Counted from the stretch's first letter, positions 30,159-39,760 are shown. The stretch is DNA of 54,401 nt from an uncultured Nitrososphaerota archaeon (GCA_964518475.1 CAZFGR010000013.1:1-54401), one strand, 5' to 3'. Numbers and translations: made by a program. Notes: generated by a model not told the origin, from the sequence alone.

Positions 30159-31037
30159 ATGCCTAATGGACGTGGTGCTGGAATACTAACTGGTTGGTTT
30201 TTCCTGATATTTGCTGGTTTGATGTTATACATGATTAGTCCTGGAAACATTGCTATACCCATTATTACAGCTATGTTAGCGGTGATAATATATATAGTAT
30301 CAGGAATCTACATTATTCGTGAATGGGAACGAATCCCGGTTCTGCGACTTGGAAGATTTCAAGGAATTAGAGGGCCTGGAATAACATTTGTTTGGCCCAT
30401 TATAGAGACTGTTCCCCGAAAGGTCTCTCTACGAATTATGCCATACATGTTCTCAGCAGAATCAACACTTACAAAGGATAACATACCAGTCACTGTCGAT
30501 GCTGTGGTTTACTATAGAGTTATAGATCCCGAAAAAGCGATTCTTAACGTCGAAGATTATGAAGTCGCGACTCAATACGCTTCACAAACATCCTTGCGAG
30601 AAGTTATTGGTATGGTGGAGCTCGATGAATTATTGGCTCATAGAGAGAAAATCGCTAAGCATTTACAGGAGATAATTGATGAGAAGACAGAAAACTGGGG
30701 AATAAAGGTAACTTCTGTAGAGTTGAGAGATATAAAGATTCCAAAGGAGTTACAGGATGCAATTGCTTTGCAAGCCCAAGCTGAGAGGGAGAGAAGAGCT
30801 AGAGTAACTCTAGCTCAAGCAGAGGTTGAGGCTGCACAAAAAATGCTCGAAGCGGCTAAAACCTACACCCAAAATCCTGTGGCTTTCGAACTGCGATGGA
30901 TGAATATTTTGTATGAAATAGGTAGGGAAAACAATACATTAATGCTTATTCCAACGAAGTTGCCTATGGTATTAGAACCCGGTAAAGAACTAGAGAGCTT
31001 ATTTAAGAAACTATTAGAAAAGACTCGTGAGGAATAA
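30159..31037 (+). CDS. Stomatin/SPFH (slipin) protein
   Basis: RLGR...GPG, LTKDN...VDAVVY, QTSLREVIG and QAQAERERRA motifs. Confidence 0.93.
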   Translation: MPNGRGAGILTGWFFLIFAGLMLYMISPGNIAIPIITAMLAVIIYIVSGIYIIREWERIPVLRLGRFQGIRGPGITFVWPIIETVPRKVSLRIMPYMFSAESTLTKDNIPVTVDAVVYYRVIDPEKAILNVEDYEVATQYASQTSLREVIGMVELDELLAHREKIAKHLQEIIDEKTENWGIKVTSVELRDIKIPKELQDAIALQAQAERERRARVTLAQAEVEAAQKMLEAAKTYTQNPVAFELRWMNILYEIGRENNTLMLIPTKLPMVLEPGKELESLFKKLLEKTREE

Positions 31038-31095
31038 ACTATGTATCCAATTTTATTAATTTTTTCTTACTATAGAAATATATATGGTGTAAATC

Positions 31096-31872
31096 ATGGC
31101 GGATTTCGCTAGGTTTGCTGCAGCTATAGCATTCCTCATCATAATTTCTTTTGCCACGAATATCATTATCTATGATCCTCTACTAGGTCTCACCCTAATC
31201 CTTATGGGGATTCTCATCCTCTCCCTAGCCGTGGATCCCGCGTCCGCCAAGGCTTTAATGAAAGTCTTCGCCCCCGTAATATTTGCCCTCTTAATTCTCC
31301 CAGTAGTATTTAGCATTACCGGAACATTAAATAGGGAAATAGCCATAGTAGCCGTAATTTTCCTAATCCTCCTGTTTATCACATCAGGAGCACTTATGGG
31401 AGGTGTAGAGGCGAAATCATCCCTAGTTTTGACTCCCTTAGTAGCCATTCCGACACTATTGGCTCTTCTATATGACCCTACGGGGACTCTAGCAATATTG
31501 ATCTCGACCTCTCTAATCTTCGGTTTTCTCTTCGTCACTTGGTACTTAGTTAGGCGCATTCCTCCCGTTAGGGAAATGACATTACCTTCCCGAGTAGGTG
31601 TTGCAATAGAAGACTTGACTCCACGAGGTAGAGTGAAGCTCGATGGGGAGATCTGGTGGGCCATGGCTAGGGGTTGGAAAATAGAGAAGAATACGAGGGT
31701 GTATGTGATAGGGAAGAGAGATCTTGAACTGATCGTTGTCCCATTGATCGAGTGTCCGAATTGTGGTATGGAATATCCTATTACGAATGTCCCAGAGAGG
31801 TGTTCTAACTGCGGATTTGATTTATCTGCTATAGTGTTACAGGCTCTCAAGAAGTATATGGTGAATAAATAA
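31096..31872 (+). CDS. NfeD-like protein (TM + OB-fold) with C-terminal zinc ribbon
   Basis: About 5-6 TM helices, G.A.EDL.P.G.VK.DGE.WWA OB-fold motif, CPNC..CSNC; follows stomatin. Confidence 0.8.
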   Translation: MADFARFAAAIAFLIIISFATNIIIYDPLLGLTLILMGILILSLAVDPASAKALMKVFAPVIFALLILPVVFSITGTLNREIAIVAVIFLILLFITSGALMGGVEAKSSLVLTPLVAIPTLLALLYDPTGTLAILISTSLIFGFLFVTWYLVRRIPPVREMTLPSRVGVAIEDLTPRGRVKLDGEIWWAMARGWKIEKNTRVYVIGKRDLELIVVPLIECPNCGMEYPITNVPERCSNCGFDLSAIVLQALKKYMVNK

Positions 31873-31910
31873 ACAATTTGCAGCGAGCCAATACCGATGC
31901 TCTAGAAAAA

Positions 31911-33680
31911 CTATAGTAGACCGGCCTCTCTAAACATTTTCTTTCTTTCCTCAATTTTTTTATTATGCTGCTTAATAATTTGTATGAATCTCTGAGCAGC
32001 TTCTGAGTAATCTTTTACACTTATCACTATCGGGAACTTTATTGCCTCACCATAGACTAAAACTTCTCTATTTCTCAACAAGGGGATAAGCTTTTTGAAA
32101 AGCTTCACTTGAGGCGCTCCCATGAGGGCTGCTTCGATATCTGATTTTTCCGTTAGAGAGAAGACAAAGTTTGTCCATAACATACTTATTACATCGGAAT
32201 CTAATTCGCTGGGTCTTTGATCGATTACACAGAGAATAACTCCACGCTTCCTCATTTCTCTAGCGATATCACCAAACGGAGAGAGTCTATATGTTGTTCT
32301 ACCTAGAAAGTTATGAGCCTCTTCTAAGAAGATTATGATCTTTGTGTCTGGTTCTCCCTTCTCCAGGATTTTCTTATTTATCATGTCACGCAATCTTCTT
32401 GCAATGAGGTTCGCTACAAGCATGTACAGGGGTAGCTCCTTTTCATACTTACCTAGACTTATTGTTACGTGGGCCCCGTCCTTTTCTGTTAAATAATTAA
32501 CGATTTCACCAACATGATCCTCTGTAATTGTTACTGGATATGAAAGAATTTTTCTGAGTTTAGGTGCTTGAGAAATAAAGGATTGAAGTGCGGAGAAACC
32601 CAGCTTCTCTTTTACAGCTTTCTCAAAGCTTCTCCTAAGGCGTGCTATAGAAGTTACTGATTGGAGTCCTTTTCTCTCCTGAATAAACTCTAGAAGCCTT
32701 TCTATGATCTCCTGCCCTTCAGGACTACGGGAGAATCTTTCTTCAGTTTCTTCATCCATTAGGAGGATCCATAGCCAATACTTACCTAATCCGAATAATT
32801 CATCGATCAATTTTCTATATTCTCCCAGCAGTGTGAGAAAAGTCTCGCTTACTCCAAAGATTGGTCCTATTAATCGAATATCGTCTGGGGTTAGCTGAGA
32901 TAGATTTATCTTGAATAGTCTTAGGTTCCGTTTCTCAGCTAATTCTGGATCTAAAGTGTATCTAACATAGTAATTACTGAATATCTTTGCCACACCATCA
33001 GCTATCGGTCTTCCAAGATTATCTTTTAACTCAAGAGCATATTCAGAGTGCATATCAAATATTAATAATCTGTAAGGTTTATCCCCTCGCGCAATCAAAT
33101 CGTAAAGAGTTATGTAACCAGCCAAGAGATTTCCTAGGAATGTCTTGCCTGTACCAGATTTTCCAAAAATTCCAAAACTAAGATTTGCCAGTTTTTCCAC
33201 ATCGATCGGCACTTCAACCAGTAATGTTTTTGGAGTTTTGGGTTGACCCAGACTCCATAAATTCCGCTCATTTTCTTTTCCGAAGAACGCAGATATCTCC
33301 TCCACATTTGTTTCTACAAGAGCCGATGCGAAGCTTGGCATCGTGTCAGCTGACATGGGTTCGGTTCCATCATTACTAGCTTGAGCTATTAGGGCTATTT
33401 CTACCCACTGAGTTCTCAGCAAATCACTACACACTTTTAATAAATTCTCCTTAATACGTGGAGATGTATTCGGATTGATTATCTCGTAAGCCGTTTTATC
33501 AGTGGACGATAATCCAGCATCTGTTATTATTCCTAAATATTTATGATTAATACCATTTATCGTGACAAGAGACCCAAGAGGATAATTCTCTATATTTTCG
33601 GAGTTCTCCAGTATAATCTTTACACCAGAATCAACGCTTCCCGAAACAACTTTCCCAAGAACTTTCATAAGAATCACCAC
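31911..33680 (-). CDS. herA: HerA-family ATPase/helicase
   Basis: N-terminal HAS barrel, GKSGTGKT, FDMHSEY, LEEAH, REMRKRG and IDQRPS motifs; adjacent to NurA. Confidence 0.88.
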   Translation of the reverse strand: MVILMKVLGKVVSGSVDSGVKIILENSENIENYPLGSLVTINGINHKYLGIITDAGLSSTDKTAYEIINPNTSPRIKENLLKVCSDLLRTQWVEIALIAQASNDGTEPMSADTMPSFASALVETNVEEISAFFGKENERNLWSLGQPKTPKTLLVEVPIDVEKLANLSFGIFGKSGTGKTFLGNLLAGYITLYDLIARGDKPYRLLIFDMHSEYALELKDNLGRPIADGVAKIFSNYYVRYTLDPELAEKRNLRLFKINLSQLTPDDIRLIGPIFGVSETFLTLLGEYRKLIDELFGLGKYWLWILLMDEETEERFSRSPEGQEIIERLLEFIQERKGLQSVTSIARLRRSFEKAVKEKLGFSALQSFISQAPKLRKILSYPVTITEDHVGEIVNYLTEKDGAHVTISLGKYEKELPLYMLVANLIARRLRDMINKKILEKGEPDTKIIIFLEEAHNFLGRTTYRLSPFGDIAREMRKRGVILCVIDQRPSELDSDVISMLWTNFVFSLTEKSDIEAALMGAPQVKLFKKLIPLLRNREVLVYGEAIKFPIVISVKDYSEAAQRFIQIIKQHNKKIEERKKMFREAGLL

Positions 33681-34321
33681 CCAAGAATCTCACTTATCTC
33701 TTCAAGCAACGCGCTTAATAGTTCCGGCTTTGCCCTAGAAATCGCCCTAATGAGCGTCTGAAGGATGTTGTCTTTCTCATTTTCGAATCGCTTGAAGAAA
33801 TCCCTATAAAGGAGGAGAAAATCCCTAAATTCCCATTTAGTAGCCCCCTCCGCGAAGAAGTATCCTAGGAAGGTAAAGTCCCACTTATTATTGGGTCTGA
33901 AAAATGAGAGAAGTGCGTCGAAGTCAGAGCTTTTAATTAGGTATACCAAGTCATGCAGTTTTGGTGGCCCAGCTCTTCCGTGTCTCACAATATTTGCATC
34001 GTCGAGATAGCTGGTATATGCTATTGTGGATACGAATAAGTGGTAACGCTCTATATCTGGATAAGCATTAGAAATCTCCGTCCTAGTCATTTTCATTGGA
34101 GTAAAGGTACCGTAACGCGATGAGTGAGCCAACTTGAGAACAAGCCCCATCGGTTTTTGGTTCTCCGAATCTATGATAAGTATAGAACCTACTCGTATTT
34201 TGCTGAAATGTTCTGGATAGACGAAGATCTCTATAATACCTCCTTCCGTACCAGCTACTTCTCCTATTGCTTGATCTTTCTTACCAAGAATATTCTCCCA
34301 GACACTCATGCTAGAGGCCAC
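33674..34321 (-). CDS. Stand-alone HAS-barrel domain protein
   Basis: IGEV.....G...I....VGS.L.I pattern and GPPKLH.LV motif; overlaps both nurA and herA. Confidence 0.6.
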   Translation of the reverse strand: MASSMSVWENILGKKDQAIGEVAGTEGGIIEIFVYPEHFSKIRVGSILIIDSENQKPMGLVLKLAHSSRYGTFTPMKMTRTEISNAYPDIERYHLFVSTIAYTSYLDDANIVRHGRAGPPKLHDLVYLIKSSDFDALLSFFRPNNKWDFTFLGYFFAEGATKWEFRDFLLLYRDFFKRFENEKDNILQTLIRAISRAKPELLSALLEEISEILGW

Positions 34322-35403
34322 CTCTTCGAAGATGCTTTCTTAGATAAAATATACTCAACAGAAGGTCTTTTTAGGAAGTTCGCAATAAGATCCTCGATGA
34401 CTACTCTTTCATCTTTACTTATAACAGCCGCTTCATGCGCTCTTTGAAGGGCTAGAGGATACCCTCCACCGAGGACTGCTTGAGCATATATGATCGCTTG
34501 TATATCGCTGGCCAAATCTTTGTATTCTTCAGGGAATTCTACGCGGACAACGTTTCTGTCACCGATCTTTAGGTAGAAACTAACGAGTTCTAACTCTTTG
34601 TAATCAGCTATTGCCCGCGAAAATACTTCGAAAACAGGGGATCTTGACCCCCTATTCTTTAAGTAGATATTCATAAGCGTCCTATCAGAGACTGGAGGAA
34701 GAACATCATGAGGAATATTGTTTATCTCTGCTAAACCTTTGGTAATGTCTCTCGCATTGGTATAAAAAATGCCCACTGGTATTACATCCTCTTCAATACA
34801 TGTCCTTATTATAGCGTTCGTCTTCATGACCATTTCTTTCCTCATACTAGAGGCCCAGGCCAGAGTATATGACATATTCAGGGATTCATCTAGCAACAAA
34901 ACCTTTACGTCTCCATCTAATCTACCAATGACCGCTTCCACAACTTCTTTCTCCAGATCTCGCGTTCTTAATTGAAGCTTTATCCTATTTTCTACAATAG
35001 GTTCCGCATCCGCTTTGATACCAAACCCATTTTTCCCCGAAACATAATTATGATACCAGAAACCGACACTAATGACGGTGATAGGAACCAGTACGTGTGG
35101 TCCAGGATTGAAGAAACTTGAATCTATAGCACCAATAGATACGTTTGATTTTCTAAGATACTCGACAGCCTCTGGTATATCCTTAAAAGGTTTTATCAAT
35201 GGATATTCTCTAGGAACCTCGAGCGGGAAGAGAGCAGAAGAACTACTAACAACTCCCTTTCTAACGGGTATTGTGACTTTCTCAAAAAGATTTATTATTC
35301 TCTCCACTTCACCAACTTTAGTGTTTTCCATGTACTCTTTGAGCGCTTTCTTTATGGCCGATGAAATCTCGTTAACTTTGTCAATTTTATAGTCCCATGC
35401 CAT
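34306..35403 (-). CDS. nurA: NurA-family nuclease
   Basis: AIDSS and LLLDESL acidic motifs, RVEFP, and GYPLALQRAHEAA. Confidence 0.85.
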   Translation of the reverse strand: MAWDYKIDKVNEISSAIKKALKEYMENTKVGEVERIINLFEKVTIPVRKGVVSSSSALFPLEVPREYPLIKPFKDIPEAVEYLRKSNVSIGAIDSSFFNPGPHVLVPITVISVGFWYHNYVSGKNGFGIKADAEPIVENRIKLQLRTRDLEKEVVEAVIGRLDGDVKVLLLDESLNMSYTLAWASSMRKEMVMKTNAIIRTCIEEDVIPVGIFYTNARDITKGLAEINNIPHDVLPPVSDRTLMNIYLKNRGSRSPVFEVFSRAIADYKELELVSFYLKIGDRNVVRVEFPEEYKDLASDIQAIIYAQAVLGGGYPLALQRAHEAAVISKDERVVIEDLIANFLKRPSVEYILSKKASSKRWPLA

Positions 35404-35412
35404 GACTTCTAC

Positions 35413-36549
35413 CTAGTCCACACCTATTATTCTTATTCCTCGCTTAGAAAGCTCTGAAATAATTAATTGGAACACATCCATATTTCTTCCTAAGTATTCT
35501 GGAGGTATTACCCCCTTCTCCCTTATTATACCCTGAGCTAGTAACTGGGCAATAATGGATGCTGTGAATCCCGTTGTCCGACCCATAGCCGTTATACCTG
35601 TTTTATCATCATAATAATCTATTAGCTCAAATACTTTCTCCAGTTCCTTACCCTCCCTAGTTCCCCTTACCAGTACTCTCAAAATAACTAAGTCTTTCAC
35701 GTCTTTGCAAGCAAATCTCTGCTCGAGCAACCTTGCTGTGAAACGCTTGATAATGATTCTTTGTCCATCAATATTCAATTCCTCATCATCAAAAAGCCCC
35801 AGTTGCTTCATAAGTAGTATTTTATCCACGTGTCCTGGGTAGCGTAGAGTTTTCTCTTCCATGTTCTCCGCCTTAATGGTATACAGAAGAGTTCTGAGCC
35901 CATCGGTGTAGAAAGCTTCTAATTCACCAACCTCCCCCATACTTATTTTCTCTAATCCACTAAGAGCCTCTACCTCCACTATTTTGCCATTCTTGATTAT
36001 CCTTGCTGGTCTCGTATACTCCTCTATTAGATCTTCCGCAGACCATGTTAGGCAGTAATTAAGAGGAGGTATCTTTTCCTGCGGGAGTCCTCCAACATAG
36101 ATTCGAACTAGTGAAAGTTTATCAAAGAGTAATGATGCGTAGCCGATGAGAATATTACTTATTCCTGGTGCAAAACCAGCATCAGGGATAATTGTGATAT
36201 TCCTTTCCTTTGCTACCTGATCCAGACTTAGCGGGTTTTCGGGCATATAGGAAACATCTACTAGGTTAACACCAATGGATATGGCGTTTTTCATCACTTT
36301 ATACCCTATGGATCCTGGAAGAGCATTTATGATAACATCAATCCCTCTCGAAAAATCCTTTAAAGTATCAGGATTCGTTGCGTCACCAATCATATAATCC
36401 AATCTCTCATCACGTATATCTCTAGCAACCCTCTTTACCTTCTCCTCCGAAAGATCCACTATAGTGACTCGGTAACTAGGACTGCTCTTAATAAGATCCC
36501 TTGCAATAACGGATCCTATATTACCGCATCCTAAAACCAAGAAACGCAT
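35413..36549 (-). CDS. Saccharopine dehydrogenase-like / lysine 6-dehydrogenase
   Basis: GCGNIG Rossmann motif, DAGFAPG, VGGLP, TWS, TDGLRTL, EKTLRYPGH and TAMGRTTG. Confidence 0.85.
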   Translation of the reverse strand: MRFLVLGCGNIGSVIARDLIKSSPSYRVTIVDLSEEKVKRVARDIRDERLDYMIGDATNPDTLKDFSRGIDVIINALPGSIGYKVMKNAISIGVNLVDVSYMPENPLSLDQVAKERNITIIPDAGFAPGISNILIGYASLLFDKLSLVRIYVGGLPQEKIPPLNYCLTWSAEDLIEEYTRPARIIKNGKIVEVEALSGLEKISMGEVGELEAFYTDGLRTLLYTIKAENMEEKTLRYPGHVDKILLMKQLGLFDDEELNIDGQRIIIKRFTARLLEQRFACKDVKDLVILRVLVRGTREGKELEKVFELIDYYDDKTGITAMGRTTGFTASIIAQLLAQGIIREKGVIPPEYLGRNMDVFQLIISELSKRGIRIIGVD

Positions 36550-36556
36550 AATTCAC

Positions 36557-37366
36557 TCACCCGAAGTCCCATAACGATGCTTGCCTAGTACCAACTGGTA
36601 CTATATCTTCAAAATTCAATCCTAATAATTTGATAAATTGTGAAGCATTTCTAGGTGCATAAGCCCTAAAGTGATTATTGAAATAAATGAAGATCTCTTT
36701 AACACTAGGTTCAATCTCTTTCTTTATCTTTTCCGCCCAAGGTTTTAACTCATCTTCAGAGTAGAGATAGAAGTACCATACTTTTCTTCCCCTACCATGG
36801 AACCGAATATATGCGAAGTCCGCCGTTATTCTAACTATTGGAGGGAGATGTGGTTCATCAACTATTACGTATGCAATATTGTACTTATCCAGTAACTGGA
36901 AGGTATCGTCAGTTAACCAACTATGATGACGAAACTCGATCGCGTATTTAAAACCCTTGGGCAACTCATTAATAAATGATTCAAGCTTCTGGAGATTCTT
37001 CCCAATACTAGCTGGGAGCTGAATAAGAAAGACGGCTACCTTACCCCTGATTATGAGGGGTTGAAGAACATTAAGAAATTTATCAATAACTGGCCTAGTG
37101 TGGTATAGTTTACGTTCATGTGTAATTCCTTGATAAAACTTGATTGAATACCTAAAATAAGGCGGTGCACGAGCAGCCCAATGACTCACAATCCTCCTAT
37201 CTGGAATTTGATAGAACGTAGAATTTATCTCCACAGTGTTAAACTTCTTCACGTAATACTCTAAAATGTCTTTCTTCTCAATATTGGATGGGTAAAAACG
37301 TCCAATCCAATCATCGTAACTATAACCACTACACCCAATCCAGTATTTAACCCCCAAAGCAATCAC
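36557..37366 (-). CDS. DUF72 (YecE-like TIM barrel) protein with C-terminal PIP-box-like motif
   Basis: IGCSG..Y.DW, VEINSTFY, QLP, EFRH.SW, YIRFHG, YLYSE.EL and YFNNH motifs; ends RQASLWDFG. Confidence 0.92.
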   Translation of the reverse strand: MIALGVKYWIGCSGYSYDDWIGRFYPSNIEKKDILEYYVKKFNTVEINSTFYQIPDRRIVSHWAARAPPYFRYSIKFYQGITHERKLYHTRPVIDKFLNVLQPLIIRGKVAVFLIQLPASIGKNLQKLESFINELPKGFKYAIEFRHHSWLTDDTFQLLDKYNIAYVIVDEPHLPPIVRITADFAYIRFHGRGRKVWYFYLYSEDELKPWAEKIKKEIEPSVKEIFIYFNNHFRAYAPRNASQFIKLLGLNFEDIVPVGTRQASLWDFG

Positions 37367-37715
37367 GGCCTAAGCCTTATTCATTAACATCCTACGTAAT
37401 AATATCCTTAACATTTTTTTATACATTTTTTATATTAATTTGTGAGGATTAAGACATAAACTGTAATACCTCAGCATTTTCTTAAATAAAGTCTTAAGCG
37501 GATGACTCTATCTTGGTAAAGAGTGCCAAAAAAGAAGCCTCTAGTTATTAAACAGGCATCCTCTCGTCAATTACCTTTCTTTTAAATACTCCACTTAAAC
37601 CGAGAAATCATGTCGTGCAAGGGAAGAAAAAACCAAGTTAGAAATAATCGGATGAAGAAATTTTAGGGAAAATTTGTTAAAAATATCCAAGATCTTTAAG
37701 AAAACTGCCTAATTT

Positions 37716-38372
37716 TTATTCTGTTATCCCGAATCTCAGAATAGCTCTTATTAAATCTTTCTCTTTAGGTACGCCTACTGCAAATACGTTGCCGCTATAG
37801 GGTTCTTCGACTGAGAGTATTACTGTTGGCACTGCGGTGATTCCCCACTTATCTGCTATCTCTGGAAACTCATAAGCCTCTATTGTATCACTAATAACCT
37901 TTCCTCTGGAGGCTATTGCTATTCTATTAGCTATCAATACCGCATAGGGGCAGTAAGGGCAGGTAGGTGTTACAACGGTTTCTATCCTAACCTTCCTATC
38001 TAAGGATCTCAAGTCGTCAACATACTCGTCTAATCCATGCTTATCGTTTGACGCTATCGCTATGGTCTCAATGAAGGCCCATCCTTCTTCCCCGAGGGGC
38101 GCTCCAGTGTACCTTACTTCTCCCTTCGAACCTATCAGGACAATTGGTCCCCTGTTTACTCTTAGTATCTTAGAGAGAGTTGGGTTCATTTCAGAAACTT
38201 TCACAAGTATTTTTCCGCTTGAAACCTCCGCTAGCTCTTTTAGTAGTTCTTCTACTGGATCACAATAATTGCAGTTGTCGCTTTTTACTAAGCTAATGGG
38301 TACAGGATTAACCATTTCCTTCTCAAATTTCTCTGCAAGTACTTTCTTATCGTCTTCGCTAAGGATTCCCAA
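37716..38372 (-). CDS. Protein disulfide oxidoreductase (PDO, two thioredoxin folds)
   Basis: CNYC and CPYC motifs, AVP cis-Pro motif. Likely TTG start at 38372 after GGTGG (track start 38444). Confidence 0.88.
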   Translation of the reverse strand: MGILSEDDKKVLAEKFEKEMVNPVPISLVKSDNCNYCDPVEELLKELAEVSSGKILVKVSEMNPTLSKILRVNRGPIVLIGSKGEVRYTGAPLGEEGWAFIETIAIASNDKHGLDEYVDDLRSLDRKVRIETVVTPTCPYCPYAVLIANRIAIASRGKVISDTIEAYEFPEIADKWGITAVPTVILSVEEPYSGNVFAVGVPKEKDLIRAILRFGITE

Positions 38373-38390
38373 GTCTACCACCAAATTTTT

Positions 38391-38441
38391 ATATATTGTA
38401 TTCAACTTGAATATATTACTAGATATTTTCTTACAATATAT
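38391..38441. promoter_or_regulatory. Nested inverted repeats in the divergent PDO/Lrp intergenic region (candidate operator)
   Basis: TATTCAA-C-TTGAATA (38399-38413) and ATATATTGTA (38391-38400)/TACAATATAT (38432-38441). Confidence 0.5.
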
Positions 38442-38485
38442 CAATAATATATTTAAATTTATTCGTCAATTTGAAGGTGTGAGAA

Positions 38486-39010
38486 GTGGTTAAGAAGTGT
38501 CCAGATGGCATAGATATTATCATAATAAAAACTCTTATCCAGGATGGAAGAATCCCTATTACAGAACTAGCGAGAAAACTGAATATGAGTCACTCAAGCG
38601 TAAGGGAACGGATAAATGACTTGATTTCCTCAGGCGTGCTAAGAGTACAGGCTAATGTCAACATTTCTTTACTCGGCTATAAGGTGGCGTTTATTAATCT
38701 TGAAATAAAGGATTATAACGAGGTTGTCCGAATATTATCCAGGTGTGATGTCTGTCCTCGAGTATTGTTGGCGGGAGTAGGTACCGGAGAATATAATGTA
38801 TTCATCGTAATGGCGGCGAAGAATATTGATACTCTCAGGGAAATTATCGAGAAAGCCTTTAGGTCGAGTCCTTATGTCTCAAGAATAAATGTGGCTTTTG
38901 GAGAATTAAAGATTCCAAAATATGTTCCTTTGAGACTTAATTGTGAAGAGAACTGCTTCGATGGAGAAAAAATTTGCGATAAGTGTTTATTCCTATTAGA
39001 AGAAAAATAG
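38486..39010 (+). CDS. Lrp/AsnC-family transcriptional regulator, Cys-rich
   Basis: D..II..L..DGR....ELA..L..S...V..RI..L...G HTH, RAM domain, CxxCP and C-terminal CxxxC..CxxC. Confidence 0.88.
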   Translation: MVKKCPDGIDIIIIKTLIQDGRIPITELARKLNMSHSSVRERINDLISSGVLRVQANVNISLLGYKVAFINLEIKDYNEVVRILSRCDVCPRVLLAGVGTGEYNVFIVMAAKNIDTLREIIEKAFRSSPYVSRINVAFGELKIPKYVPLRLNCEENCFDGEKICDKCLFLLEEK

Positions 39011-39016
39011 TATTCT

Positions 39017-39760
39017 TTATCTTCGCAATCTGGGATTATAGAACATTGAGAGATCAGTCTTTGTTAGTTTAACAGGCGTCTTTCCTTTTCTAAGTTCTTT
39101 GTAGATGCGATCTAGTCTTTCGTTTATGTCGTCATAGAATCGTAGTGTGGTTGCGAAGAGTATTAGCGAGTGCCAGAGTCTTTCATCATTAATCTTTGTT
39201 TTGATTTCCCATTCCCCACCTATATCTAGAATCTTTCCATCCACCTCAGCGATTTCTTTGTCAGTCCTCATATCTACTACTTTCCAATCACTGCCCAGAG
39301 TAAATCTTTTGCTCTTTATGACTAATGGGTGTAGAACTCTTTCTCTATCAATAAATGTAAACAAGAATGCATCTGTTTCTAGGAACCTTGGACGTATCCT
39401 CTCTATGTAATAGACTACTCTCTGCCCACTATGAGTTATGATGAATGCGGGGGATGGTTCATCGTTTGCCAGCGTTAAGAGTACTTCTCGGCCAAAGTTT
39501 TCGTCTATGCTTGCTATCCATTCAATGTCTTTGCTGAAAAGTCTGGCTGCAAGTCTTCTTTCGAAAATAGATTCCTTATTCCATGGAATTGTTCTATAGG
39601 CTATGTAGCCGTATTCCTCATTGTCAATTTCTACTTTGCCTATAATATCTGTATCCTCTGTAAATCTTCGTGACTTAGACATTAATTCTTCTTTCTTTTT
39701 TATTCCTATCTCGACCCCGTGTAATCCAGTTCTCCACAAATCTACTACAATTTTGACCAA
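39017..39760 (-). CDS. Hypothetical protein, probable Tubby C-terminal/LURP-one (scramblase-like) fold
   Basis: KRFTLGSDWKV.D....IAEVDGK..DIGGEWEI followed by a hydrophobic helix (LWHSLILFA). Confidence 0.55.
   Translation of the reverse strand: MVKIVVDLWRTGLHGVEIGIKKKEELMSKSRRFTEDTDIIGKVEIDNEEYGYIAYRTIPWNKESIFERRLAARLFSKDIEWIASIDENFGREVLLTLANDEPSPAFIITHSGQRVVYYIERIRPRFLETDAFLFTFIDRERVLHPLVIKSKRFTLGSDWKVVDMRTDKEIAEVDGKILDIGGEWEIKTKINDERLWHSLILFATTLRFYDDINERLDRIYKELRKGKTPVKLTKTDLSMFYNPRLRR

Noticed and set aside
31170-31850. 226-aa minus-strand ORF
   Set aside because: Fully antisense to NfeD, no motifs. The same applies to the many other 60-130 aa track ORFs nested in real genes.
28851-35403. 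Possible phosphorothioation (DndC/SspD) or HerA-based antiphage system
   Set aside because: No dndA/D/E, ssp, Sir2 or DUF4297 partner seen. HerA is coupled to NurA, and the PAPS-reductase-like gene is in a different transcription unit.
35413-36549. Saccharopine dehydrogenase-like gene as part of the repair system
   Set aside because: Looks like an ordinary metabolic enzyme; most likely operon hitch-hiking unless synteny proves conserved.
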